A stretch of 64,000 bases of DNA, taken from contig CM075996.1 of NCBI GenBank assembly GCA_038087875.1, positions 9,674,001 to 9,738,000 of the forward strand, read 5' to 3'. Positions 1-12,382 of the stretch are shown in pieces (the first letter of the stretch is position 1; each line of letters opens with the position of its first letter). The stretch comes from Malacoraja senta (taxonomy: Eukaryota). A program made the translations under genes and the position numbers. The notes beneath the pieces are model-generated. The model did not search any database, was not told the DNA's origin, and saw nothing but the letters and a program-made list of their open reading frames with translations.

Positions 1-1670
1 CTGATGTTCCTGACGTTCCTGCTTCCCTTCCAGGGTCCGGACGCCCGGGGTCTTGGCCCTCGACAGCAGGGGAGGAGGGAGGGGGTGGGGTAACGTGTCT
101 AAACATTGAGGCACTGGGCCCGTACTCGCTGGAGAATGAGGGGGGTCATCATTGAAACATCAAATACTGGATAGAGTGGATAGAGTGGACGTGGAGAAGA
201 TGTTTCCACTAGTGGAGAGTCTAGAAACAAAGGTCACGGCCTCAGAATTAAAGGACGCTTCTTTAGGACGGAGAAGAGGAAGAATGTCTTTAGTCAGCGG
301 GTGGTGAATCTGTGGAATTCATTGCCACAGACAGCTGTGGAGTCCAAGTCAATGGATATTTTTAAGGCAGAGATAGAAAGATTCTTGATTAGTACGGGTG
401 TCAGGGGTTAAGACTAGAGGGAGTGGCTTTACAGTCAGAGGGACGAAGTGTAAAAGAGAAGTGAGGAGGAGTTTTTACACAGAGGGTGTGGGTGCCTGGA
501 ACGAGCTGCCAGGGGTTGGTGGTGGAGACAGATACGACAGTGGTGTTTAAGAAGCTATTGGATAGGCACATGGATGTGCAGGGGAATGGAGGGATATGGA
601 TCACGTGCAGATTGATAAGTGTTGCTCTTGGCATCATGTTCGACAGAGACATTGAGGGCCGCAGGGCCTGTAGTTGCCCTGTACTGTTCCAAGATCTATA
701 ACAGGAACAGGGTCAAAGGTTAAAGGTCAATAAGGACAAGGACACAGGTTAAAGGTCATAAGCAGGAGCTCCGTACGGTGGCGCCGTATGATGGCAGCCT
801 CGCCAACAGTCTGTATCGTATTTCCGTCCACACTGCGGCCTAACATCGTGGAGCTGACGGCATCTTGCCAGGATCGACTTCGGGAACTCCAACCACGGGA
901 GCCTGCGGACGTAACCTCGTGGAGCAAACGGTCCCTTGGTTAGGGACCGACTTCGGGAGCTCCAACCGCAGGAGCTTCGATCGCCCCGACGCGGGAGCTT
1001 CGATCGCCCCAACTGCGGATGGTTTCGACTGCCCCAACCGCGGGAGAATAAGGAGGGAAGAAGATTAGACTTTAACGCCGTCCATCACAATGGAGACACT
1101 ATGGTGGATGTTTATGTTAACTTTTATGTAGTTGTGCGTCTTGTTGCTTTTCTGTATGACTGGCGGCAAATCAAATTACATACTTGGCTAATAAATTAAT
1201 TACAAATTACTTTTCGGTTTGCGCTTCCGGAACTGTGCACACGGCAGCCAGCCAACAGTCCATCGCCTTTTCCTTTACTTTTACTTATTGCTATTTTATT
1301 CTGTATGTTTCGGTTCGTTAGTTAGTTTAATGCACCAAGTTGTGGTGGGGGAAAGTTTTTATCTCCGTCCTGGTTGGGGAGATACTTTTTCACCGTGTCT
1401 CTGTCTCTGCGCTACAACAACTGGGCTCTTTGTTGTCTACACCAGGGATCAACTGTTGGAGCTACGACCGTCCCGGCGGCTGGCCTCGCCAGGGTCACAT
1501 CAGAAACCCACAAGGAACTGAGGAGGAAATACTGAGGAGGGATGCCGGTCGGAGGCACGAGTCACGAGTCACACTCGCCTTCCATCACAACGGGGAACGT
1601 GAGATCCATCACTGGCGAACAAGATGGACGAGCTAGCTGCACTGGTGAGGACCCAGAGGGAGTGCCGTGA
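1..1670 (+). repeat. Local duplication, copy 1 (runs off the window start)
   Basis: 1-~605 aligns to 2056-~2690 and 1341-1670 aligns to 2688-3030; both carry the same CR1 3' fragments and Rex 5' end. Confidence 0.85.
770..1210 (+). mobile_element. GC-rich non-autonomous LINE-like element
   Basis: ggcagcctcgccaacagtc head, ggcctaacatcgtggagc motif, 3' hairpin tccatcacaatgg...ctatggtgga, tail acttggctaataaa. Confidence 0.6.
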
Positions 1671-1760
1671 CAGCAGTGTCATGTGTTTCACTGAGACATG
1701 GCTCCACATCGCTGAGTTTAACGCGTGTGGGCGGCTTTCAGACTGCTCGGGCCGACAGAT
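1225..1760 (+). mobile_element. Rex1/Babar-like LINE 5' fragment (5' UTR and start of endonuclease)
   Basis: Encodes YTRDQLLELR, PSITTGNVRS, DELAALVRTQRE and MCFTETWLH, typical of the Rex1/Babar ORF N-terminus. Confidence 0.7.
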
Positions 1761-2179
1761 TCCGTTAGACCCAAGAAGCTAAATCTAACTCTCTCTTGAA
1801 AACAAGAGAGTTAGAATGGGGTTGGAGGGAGAGATAGATCAGCCATGATTGAATGGCGGAGTAGACTTATTGGGCCGAATGGCCTCATTCTGCTCTCTAT
1901 CACATGAACATAAAGCTAAGCCATGTAGTCAGCAACAAGGTGACGGAGCAGCAAAGCTGGGTTGGCTTCAGTGATGAATAAACGGAGCTGGGCTCGGGAC
2001 AGCTGTCAGCAGCTGTGGACAGATGTGGAGGGAGCTCAGTGACAGATGTGGGTCCCTGATGTTCCTGACGTTCCTGCTTCCCTTCCAGGGTCCGGATGCC
2101 CGAGGTCTTGGCTCTCGACTGCGGGGGGAGGGGGGGGGGGGGGGGGGGGGAGGGGGATGGTGGTGGGGGAACATGTCTA

Positions 2180-2490
2180 ACATTGATGCACTGGGCGCGT
2201 ACTCGCTGGAGTTTAGAAGAATGAGGGGGGACCTCATTGAAACATCGAATACTGAAAGCTTGGATAGAGTGGACGTTGAGAGGATGTTTCCACTAGTGGG
2301 AGAGTCTAGAAACAAAGGTCACGGCCTCAGAATTAAAGGATGCTCCTTTAGGAAGGAGAAGAGGAAGAATGTCTTTAGTCAGAGGGTGGTGAATCTGTGG
2401 AATTCTTTGCCACAGAAGACTGTGGAGGCCAAGTCAATGGATATTTTTAAGGCAGAGATAGATAGATTCTTGATTAGTACAGGTGTCGGG
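2180..2490 (+). mobile_element. CR1/HER1 LINE 3' ORF2 fragment (paralog at ~105-410)
   Basis: YSLEFRRMRGDLIET...RVVNLWNSLPQ, the CR1 C-terminal motif. Confidence 0.9.
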
Positions 2491-2687
2491 GTTAAGACTA
2501 GAGGGCATGGCTTTACAGTCAGAGGGACAAAGTGTAAAAGAGAAGTGAGGGGAAGGTTTTTACACAAAGGGTGGTGGGTGCCTGGAACGCGCTGCCAGGG
2601 TTGGTGGTGGAGGCAGATACGACAGTGGTGTTTAAGAGGCTATTGGATAGGCACATGGATATGCAGGGAATGGAGGGATATGGATCA

Positions 2688-3030
2688 CGTGGTGGGGGAA
2701 AGTTTTTATCTCTGTCCTGGTTGGGGAGATACTTTTTCACCGTGTCTCTGTCGCTGCGCTACAACAACTGGTCTCTTTGTTGTCTACACCAGGGATCAAC
2801 TGCTGGAGCTACGACCGTCCCGGCCGGCTGGCCTCGCCAGGGTCACATCAGAAATCCATAAGGAACTGAGGAGGAAATACTGAGGAGGGGATGCCGGGCG
2901 GTGGACGTACGGAGAAAAAGAAGCACGGGTCACACTCGCCTTCCATCACAATGGGGAACGTGAGATCCATCACTGGCGAACAAGATAGACGAGCTAGCTC
3001 CACTGGTGAGGACCCAGAGGGAGTACCGTG
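2688..3030 (+). mobile_element. Rex1/Babar-like LINE, 5' part (resumes at 9447)
   Basis: YTRDQLLELR...HKELRRKY, PSITMGNVRS, DELAPLVRTQREYRE, then an abrupt break. Confidence 0.75.
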
Positions 3031-3531
3031 AGAGGAGAGTAGAGGCCATCGTAGAGTCTGTCCTCACCTTCTCCATCATGGTCTGGTTTGGCTCAGCCAC
3101 CAAGCGCGACACCTGGAGGCTGCAGCGAATCGTCCGATCAGCTGAGAAGGTTATTGGCTGCAACCTTCCCTCCATTGATGAACTGTACACTGCAAGGGCC
3201 AGGAAGCGAGCGGGCAAGATCATCTCTGACCCCTCTCACCCTGGCCACAAACTCTTTGAATCACTTCCCTCTGGAAGGTGACTCCGGACTGTCAAAGCTG
3301 CCACAGCCAGACATAAAAACAGTTTTTTTCCACGAGCAATAGCTCAACTCAACAGCCAAAAATCTGTAGCCGCCTTTTGCTCTGGTATTTTATTTAATTC
3401 ACATGTTTAATCAATAATGTTTTATTATTAATGTTTCATGTTTTATGTATCATTCGTATGTCACTGTATGTCATGGTTGTCACTTGTGGGCGGAGCACCA
3501 AGGCAAATTCCTTGTATGTGAATACTTGGCC
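3031..3531 (+). mobile_element. Rex1/Babar-like LINE 3' fragment
   Basis: AIVESVLTFSIMVWFGS...LQRIVRSAEKVIGCNLPSI...SHPGHKLFESLPSGR; 3' UTR nearly identical to 17275-17525. Confidence 0.85.
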
Positions 3532-3539
3532 ATACTGGT

Positions 3540-4367
3540 CATAGCATATGGCAGCGCCTCGCGGCAGCAGCCCCTACTGTCCGTCTGTCCTTTTTTTTGG
3601 TCCCGTTCAATGTGTAGTTTGCTGTGGTTTTATATTGTTTTAACTGTGTATATGTGGGGGGCGGGGGGGTGGGGGAAACTTTTACATTTCTTCCCTGCAC
3701 GGGAGACCCGACCTTTTCCCTGTCGGGTCTCCGTTGTCGTTGGGGCCTAGCACCGTGGAGCAGCCTCCAGCCGGAACGACCTGGGGGCTCCAGTCACGGA
3801 GCCTGCAGACTCACCATCGTGGGGTTGGCCAGCCTCAGAGCGTGGGGAGCAGTGGTGGCGCGCGGCTGCGACCAGACTTCGGAGCTTCAGAGCCTCCGGT
3901 TGCAGGCCTGTGGACGGTGACATCAGGAGCTCGCGGGTCCCTGGTGGGAGACCGCTTTACGGAGCTCCCGCGGCGGCAGCTTCTCCCGCCCATGTTGCGG
4001 GGCTGAAAACGACCCGGAGCGGGGCCTGACATCGCCCGGCATGGCTTTAACGGCCACGGGACTTGCCATCGCCCGCCGGGGGCTCCAATATTAAGACCCG
4101 GAGCGGGGCCTTAAATCGCCGGCGCGGCCTTAACGGCTGCGGGACTTGCCATCGCCAGCCGGGGGCTTGAACATCGGGAGAGGATGGAGAGCAGGGGAGA
4201 GACAAGACTTTGCCTTCCATCACAGTGAGGAGGAGATTCATTGTGATGGATGTCTGTGTAAATTGAGTTGGTTGTGTGTCTTGTAAATTTGTTTCTTCTT
4301 GTTGTATGGGTGCAGAAACCAAAGTTCCTAACGGATAAATAAAGTTCATTGAAATAAACGTATTCAT
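3540..4367 (+). mobile_element. GC-rich non-autonomous LINE-like element; its (ATTC)n tail resumes at 9413-9446 after the L1
   Basis: Family head, hairpin 1 at 3702-3732, internal direct repeats, hairpin 2 at 4216-4250, A-rich tail. Confidence 0.65.
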
Positions 4368-7300
4368 ATTTCTACAAGAAACTCACTTGAAACTGCAAGC
4401 TCAAGCCAGATTGAAGGCAAACTGGAGAGGCCAAACATACCAACCTTCATATATTTCCAAATCCAGAGGCACAGCAATTATTATTCGAAAAGGTATACCA
4501 TTTAAATCGAAGAATATCATAATAGATAAGGAAGGGAGATACCTTATAGTTACCGGAGAGATTCATGCTACTCCAATTACCTTGGTAAATATTTATGCGC
4601 CTAATTTTGATAATCCCCAATTTTTAAATAAAATCCTGAATATAATTACAGAGTTCAATTATCAAAATGTGATAATTGGGGGAGATTTTAACTGTGTTTT
4701 AGATCCATGGATAAATCTTCACAACAGAGCAGGGGCAACACAAAATCTAAAACCATGGAAATCTTAAATACTTACATAAAAAACACAAATATAACAGATG
4801 TCTGGAGGATCCCTAACCCTGTCGGAAGGGAATACTCGTTTTATTCAATGGTACACAAAACTTATTCACGTATCGACTATTTTTTAGTGGATACAAAACT
4901 AATTCCCTATACACTGAACCCAAAATATCACAATAGTATAATTTCTGATCACTCCCCGTTAACTTTTTTTTTTTAATTAGAAGGAATGCCTACTAATAAA
5001 TCGTTTTGGAGGTTTAATCCTCAAATCCAAATGACCCACAAGGGGAAATATATTTAAAACAACAGATGAATCTTTTTTTAAAGAATAATGACACCCCAGA
5101 GACCTCACCAGTTCTACTATGGGAATCATTCAAAGCAGTTATTAGAGGATCTATAATCTCATACCAAGCTTTTCTAAATAAAAGGAACAAGAAAGAACAA
5201 AGGCAGTTAGAAGAACGAATTAGAGAATTGGAATTAGATAATGCTAAAGAGCCAACTATAGACAAACATAATAAAATGACAATAATGAAATTTAAATTAA
5301 ACAAAATATTATCAGCAAATGTCATTAGATTATTTCAAATTACAAAACAGGAACATTTTGAATTTGGGGATAAACCACACAAACTTCTGGCTCGACAACT
5401 GAAAAAATGGGAAAAGGATCACACGATTTTAAAGATTAAATCAGATAAAGGGGAATTGTTAACACTACCTAAGGTTATTAATAAAAGATTCGCTCAATTT
5501 TATCAAAACTTATATACATCTAAAGTGTTCGCAGATAGTACCAAAGTCAGAGAGTTCCTGTATAATTGTAATCTCCCAAAACTCAATTCGAGCGAACAAG
5601 AGGAATTAGGTGCACAAATTTCAACTAAGGAAATAGAAGAAACAATAAATACATTAAAGAATGGAAAAACACCAGGACCAGATGGTTTTAGTAATGAATT
5701 TTATCAAAGATTTTACGAGATAATTACACCACGACTACACAAAATGTATGAATGAATATAACTTTATGAATGAATATAACTTTAATTGTCATTCAGGTAT
5801 ACACATAGACACAGTACACATTGAACAAAATTTCATTGCATTGACTCTTCAAAGTAGCAGCAGAATATAACATTTATATCAGGCGATCAGTAAAAGTGCT
5901 TAGTCTTATTGTGTCCATAAAAAGTGCTTCATGTGCATAGTTAAAAAATGAAAGTTTTTAAAATGGCAATGTATAAGAAAGTTATAGCATCGGTTTGATT
6001 GTGAGTTCAATAATCTTATGGCCTGGGGGATGAAGCTGTTGCAGAACCTGGTTGTCCTGCCCTTCATGCTGCGGTACCTCCTCCCAGAGTTCAGCAGTGT
6101 AAACAGTCCATATTGTGGGTGTGTGGGGGCTCTGGTAATGCCCTTAGCTCTTGTCAGACAGCATTTGTAACCAATGTCCATGATGGAAGGAAGAGAAGTC
6201 CCAATGATTTTTTCCGCTGTCCTCACCACTCTCTGAAGGCACTTCCAGTCCGCAGCTGTACAGCCGCCGCACCACATAGAGATGCAGCTGGTCATGACTG
6301 ATTCAATGGTGCTTCTGTAGAATGTGGTGTGGATGGGAGGGTGGAGGTGTGATCTTCTCATCCTGCGGAGGAAGTACAAACGCTGCTGTGCCCGTTTTAA
6401 CAGAGATGTGATGTTTGTAGTCCAAGTTAAGGTATCCGTTATATGCACACCCAGGAACTTGATGCATTTCACCTGCTCCACTGCTAAGTTGTTGATGCAC
6501 AGCGGAGTGTGACTGGGCTGATTTTTCTTTCTGAAGTCGACGACAATCTCCTTGGTTTTGTCCACATTTAGGAGAAGGTTGTTCCTGCTGCACCAGCTCA
6601 CCAGCTGCTCCACCTCCTCTCTGTATGCCTGGTCGTCGTTGTTGCGGATGAGGCCCACTACTGTTGTGTCATCCGCGTATTTGATCATATGGTTAGTAGT
6701 GGACCTGGCGACACAGTCATGTGTCATCAATGTGAAGAGCAGCGGACTCAGGACACAGCCCTGAGGGGAGCCGGTGCTCAGTGTGATGATCCTTTAAAAG
6801 CATATACATATGCTTTTAAAGAACATACACTTCCAGAAACATTAGCGGAATCAACGATTACACTTATACCTAAAAAAGGTAAAGATTTAGAAGATCTGGG
6901 TTCTTATAGAGCTATTGCACTGTTAAATACAGATCAAAAAATATTAGCGAAAACATTAGCTAGAAGATTAAGTAACTATGTTAGTAAATTAATAAATCCG
7001 GATCAAACAGGGTTTATACCCAAGAGATATTCATGCAATAACCTGAGACGTCTGTTTAATATAATGCACTCACATAAAACCGAAGAACAAGACTTATCAA
7101 TTATTTCACTGGACGCAGAAAAAGCATTTGATCAAGTGGAATGGGATTACCTGGTTAAAGTATTGCAAAAATTTCAAATGGGAGAGAATTTTATCGCTTG
7201 GGTAAAATTATTATATGATAGGCCTACTGCCAGAATATTAACTACTAATATTTTGTCCTCGAAATTTCAGTTATCAAGGGGAAATAGACAGGGTTGTTCA

Positions 7301-9412
7301 TTATCACCTCTGCTATTTGCTCTTGTAATAGAACCGTTAGCGGAAAGTATTAGAATACATCCGAACATTCATGGGTATAATACAAAATACTCAAATAATA
7401 TGATATCATTATACGCAGATGATGTACTACTATATATCACAAAATCACAAATTAATATACCAAATATATTAAATTTAATAGAGGAATTTGGATCCTTTTC
7501 AGGATATAGAATAAACTGGAATAAAAGTGAAATTATGACAATTAAACCTCAAGACCCAACACACCTGTTAAAATTCCCTTTTAAAATCGCTTCAGAAAAA
7601 TTTAAATATTTGGGAATTGAAATTACTAGAAAATATAAATCTCTATTTAATGCAAACTATATGCCCTTACTCAATAAACTAAACACACTGATTAAATTCT
7701 GGAAAACCCTCCCGATGTCTCTTATAGGCCGAATAAATGCTATAAAAATGATCTTTTTACCACCTTACCCAAATTTTTTTTTTTTTAATTGGATGCTGAT
7801 ATTACAACCTTTATATGGGACTATAAATTCCACAGAATCCAAAGAAAACATTTGTGTAAACCTAAAGAATCTGGCGGATTATCACTCCCTAATTTTTTAT
7901 ATCATTACTGGGCCACAAATGTCAAAAATATGATTCACCTGTTGGACAATTCGGCCCAGCAGGTGGATTGGATAGTAATGGAGAGAGAGGACTGTTCCCC
8001 TTTCAATATAGGAGCGATCCTTCTCTCACCAACAAAAATGAAGAATACAATATACAGTAAAAATCCAATTATTCATAGTACAATTAGAATTTGGAAACAA
8101 ATAAAATTAACTTTAAAATTAAGAAATCTATCACTTCTCTCACCTATAATGAACAACCCTTCGTTTAAACCTTCTATGATAGATAGAGCTTTTATAAATT
8201 GGGAAAGAGTAGGAAATAAAACGTTTGGAGATATGTATGATAATGGAAGTTTTTTAACATTTCACCAACTACAACTTAAATACAACTTGAGTAGTAATCA
8301 ATATTTCAAATATTTTCAAATACGTGACTATTTGAAAAAGTATACACGAGAATATCAAAATATGTTTCCTGACCTATTAGATGGGATGAATATAAAAGCG
8401 GAATCAGCTAATTTAATATCATACCTATATAATTCCATTTTAAACATAGAAATTCCATCATCGGATGGGATTAGAAGAGAATGGGAACAGGAACTAGCTA
8501 TAAAAATCTCGAAAGAGAGTTGGGATAAACATAATGTGCATAAATGCTCGATTAACGTAAGACATACTCTGATTCAATTTAAAATTTTACATAGATTATA
8601 CTATTCAAAAGCTAAATTAAGTAAATTTTACCCAAATACCTCTGCTATCTGTGATAAATGCCTAATCCAAGAATCAACTATAGCACATTCTTTTGTTTTT
8701 TGTATAAAAACTCAAAAATGTTGGAATTACATTTTTGAAATCTTCACTAAATTATTTAAAATAAAACTGAAACCGAATGCAGAATTGATTATTTTTGGAA
8801 CAATAGAAGCAAGTTTGGAGCTGACTTCATTTCAAAGGAGTTTTCTTAATTATGGCTTAATAACGGCAAAAAAACTGATACTGAAATTTTGGAAAAACGC
8901 TCCCACGCCAACAATAAAAATGTGGACTTCTAATATGTCAGAATTGTTACACCTAGAAGATATGAGATTCCTCCTAGCAGGTAAACCAGACCAATTCCAA
9001 AAGATTTGGTCTCCATATGTCGACTTATTACAAACATAGGGTGCAACAAGATGTTGATAATAAATGGTTTTAGGACCTGGCGAGGGGTGAGTAAAGATAA
9101 GAAGTAGGTACATCCCTTTCATATTGTCCTATCTTACTTTCTTTTTTCTTTTTTCTTTTTCCTCCTTTTGGTTTTTCTCTTTTTTTTCTTTCTTTTTAAA
9201 CTATTTCTTGTGGTTTAGGTCCATACGGGTTTTCCTGGTCCACTCTTTCATTCACTCACTGATTATCTTTACTAACTCTTTCTAACCTTTTTTCCTATTA
9301 AAGTTTAAAATAAGAAGTGGTACAAGAACTGTATAAACGTACGTTATTGCAGATTACTGTAATGTACAATACTTCTAATAAAATTTAATAAAATAAAAAA
9401 TAAAAAATAAAT
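4368..9412 (+). mobile_element. L1-clade LINE, 5'-truncated, nearly complete but frameshifted ORF2 (EN, RT, CCHC)
   Basis: FLQETH, GDFN, YSRIDY and ISDH (APE endonuclease); DAEKAFD, RQGCSLSPLLF and LYADD (RT); CDKC...HSFVFC; A-rich tail; 16-bp TSD aaataaacgtattcat at 4352-4367 and 9413-9428. Confidence 0.95.
5750..6790 (-). mobile_element. Rex1/Babar-like LINE 3' part inserted antisense into the L1
   Basis: ORF 5906-6730 KYADDTTVVGLI...KTKEIVVDFRK...KFLGVHI...QRLYFLRR; the L1 frame PRLHKMY|TYAFKEH rejoins across it. Confidence 0.92.
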
Positions 9413-9446
9413 AAATAAACGTATTCATTCATTCATTCATTCATTC

Positions 9447-11745
9447 TGTGTGCTGTGTTTCATGGAGACATGGCACCATGAGGACATCCCCGAGTTCAAC
9501 GCGAGTGTGGGCGGCTTTCAGACTGTTCGGGCCGGCAGGGACTGCAGACAGAGTGGCGAGTGTAAAGGTGGGGGGCTTGCTATTCTTGTTAACAACAAAT
9601 GGTGCAACTCTGGTCACATCACGGTTCAGGAGCGTGTGTGCAGCCCGGACATTGAACTGACGCCTGTGGGTCTCCGTCCAATACTAGATGCCCAGGGAAT
9701 TCTCACACGCCATTGTGGGTGGCTGTTTACGTTCCTCTGTCCGCCAACCACGGAGTGATGTCATCCACACCGCGAGTGACGTCATCCACACCGCCAGTGA
9801 CATCATCCACACCGCGAGTGACATCATCCACACCGCGAGTGACATCATCCACACCGCGAGTGATGTCATCCATACCGCGAGTGACATCATCCACACCGCC
9901 AGTGACATCATCCACACCGCCAGTGACATCATCCACACAGTCAGTGACATCATCCACACCGCCAGTGACATCATCCACACAGTCAGTGACATCATCCACA
10001 CAGTCAGTGACATCATCCACACAGTCAGTGACATCATCCACACAGTCAGTGACATCATCCACACAGTCAGTGACATCATCCACACAGTCAGCGCGAGAGT
10101 CCAGACACAGCGACCGAGTGCTTTCATCGCAATCTCAAGCGATTTCAACCACATGACTTTGGACACTACCCTGTCCACTTTCACTTAGTATGTTGACTGT
10201 CCCACCAGGGATATGAATACATTGGACCTGCTGTATGCCAATGTTAAAGAGGTTTACATCACCATAGCCCTTCTGCCACTGGGTAGATCTGACCACAACC
10301 TGGTTCACCACCTACCCAGGTAGAAGCCTTTAATCCAGAGGCTGCCTGTGACCACAGGGTCAATGAGGAGATGGTCACGGGAGATCTGTGATGCTCTACA
10401 GGGCTGTTTAGAGGTCACAGACTCTGTAGTCTCCATGGATAGGACATCGATGGACTCACGGACTGTGTTACCAGCTACATGAAGATCTGTGTGGATAACG
10501 CTGTCCCTGAGGAGACTGTACCCTGTTCCCCCAACAACGAGCCCTGGGTGACCAGTGACATAAAGGCCCTTCTCAAGCAGGCCGTCAGGAACGGTGACGG
10601 GGAGGAGATGAATCAGGTGCAGAAAGACTGAGACAGGGCAAGGATGACTACAGGGGGAAGCTGGAGCTGAAACGTCAGCAGAACAACATGAGGGATGTGT
10701 GGAGCGGGATAAAGAGCATTACAGGCTACAAGAGACCAGTGGCCTGGGGAGGGAATGGGCCAACCTGTTTATTAATAGATCTGATGGTGGGGCCTCTGCC
10801 CACCCTCCCCCCTCCCCCCTGCTCCCCGACAGACTCTCCCCCTCAATCCCCCTGCTCCACTTCCTCTGCCCTTTCATTGTCGTGCCCGACCATCAAGGCT
10901 GAGCGGGTGAGGAAGGAGCTGAGCAGACTCTGCCCAGACAAAGCCACGGGTCCTGATGGTGTCAGTCCTAGGGTACTCAAGGCATGTGGCAGCCGGTTGT
11001 GTGGAGTACTCCAGCATATCTTCAACCTGAGCCTGGAGAGGGTTCCTGTGATGTGGAAGACATCCTGCCTGGTTCCTGTACCAAAGAGGACGTGCCCCAG
11101 CTCCTCCAATGTCTACAGAATGGTGGCACTGACTTCACACATCATGTAGTCCCTGGAGAGGCTGGTGCTCACTCACCTGCGACCCCTGGTTAAACCCTAC
11201 CTGGACCCCCAGCAGTTCGCTTACCAAACAAAGATGGGGGTTGAGGACGCCATCATCCACCTGCTCCATCATTCCTATGTTCACCTGGATAAGCCGGGAA
11301 GCATTGTGAGAGTCATGTTCTTTGACTTCTCCAGTGTTCTCCACCATCCGGCCTGCACTGCTAGGGAGCAAACTGACGAAGATGCGGGTGGATGCTCCAT
11401 TGGTGTCCTGGATCACCAACTACCTGACTGGACAACCACAATATGTCAGGCTACAGAACTGTGTGTTGGACATGGTGGTGAGCAACACAGGGGCCCCACA
11501 GGGGACAGTCTTCTCTCCCTTCCTCTTCACCATCTACACCTCGGACTTCAGATACAACTCGGACTCCTGTCACCTACAGAGGTTTTCAGATGACTGTGCA
11601 ATTGTGGGCTGCATCAGTGAGGGGAGGGAAGCTGAATACAGAGGTGTGGTCAACGACTTTGTTGAGTGGTGTGGGCTGAATCACCTGCAGCTCAACACCA
11701 ACAAGACTAAGGAGTTAATGGTGGACTTTAGGAGGAGAGGAACTC
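9447..11745 (+). mobile_element. Rex1/Babar-like LINE, continuation (EN and RT, degenerate)
   Basis: CFMETW...GGGLAILVNNKWC, SDFNH, KATGPDGVSPRVLKAC, LDPQQFAY, GAPQGTVFSPFLF, FSDD, KTKELMVDFRR. Confidence 0.9.
9754..10089 (+). repeat. 21-bp minisatellite, 16 copies, inside the Rex endonuclease region
   Basis: Unit agtgacatcatccacac(cgcg/cgcc/agtc); translates as SD(I/V)IHT(A/V) x16. Confidence 0.95.
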
Positions 11746-12382
11746 AAATACACAAATCTTCTCGCTACGAATATTTCCTATCCATATACCTGTCTAAATG
11801 TCTTTTAAATGTTGTTATCGTCCCTGCCTCAACTTCTTCATCTGGCAGCTCATTCCATATACCCACCACCTAGTAAAGGAATAGGTCCTTTCCTATTGAA
11901 GAAGGGTCTCGAACTAAAACGTCACCTATTCCCTTTCTTCAGAGATGCTGCCTGACCAAGCTAAGTTTCTCCAGCATTTTTGTCTACCTTAAACATTGGG
12001 ACAGTGCCAGCCTCAACTACCTCCTCTGGCAGATCGTTCCATACACCCACCGCCCATTGTGCGAAAAAGTTTGTATTAAATCTATTCCCTCTCACAAACC
12101 TGCGCCCTCTAGTTTTAGACTCCTGTATCCTGGGAACCACTCTCTGGTTATTCACTTTATCTGTGCCCTTCATGATTTTATCAACTTCCATAAGGTCATC
12201 TCTCAGCCTACTTAGCTCCGGGGGAAAAGTCCCAGACTATGCAGTCTCTCCTGACAGCTCGAGCCCTGGCAACATCCTTGTGAATCTTTTCTGCCTTCCA
12301 GCTTAATCACATTCTCCCAAGAGTATGGTTACCAGAACTGCAGACAATAACAGTTATTTTTTACTCAGAGGGTGGTGGGTGT

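Larger units (their letters stand above)
2056..3030 (+). repeat. Local duplication, copy 2 (lacks ~730 bp present in copy 1)
   Basis: ctgatgttcctgacgttcctgcttcccttccagggtccgg at 1 and at 2056; the junction ggatcacgtg|gtgggggaa joins segments that are separate in copy 1. Confidence 0.85.

Noticed and set aside
9684..10188. Repeat-protein ORFs in several frames; CRISPR-like periodicity
   Set aside because: Stop-free 21-bp minisatellite with no unique spacers, inside a dead LINE
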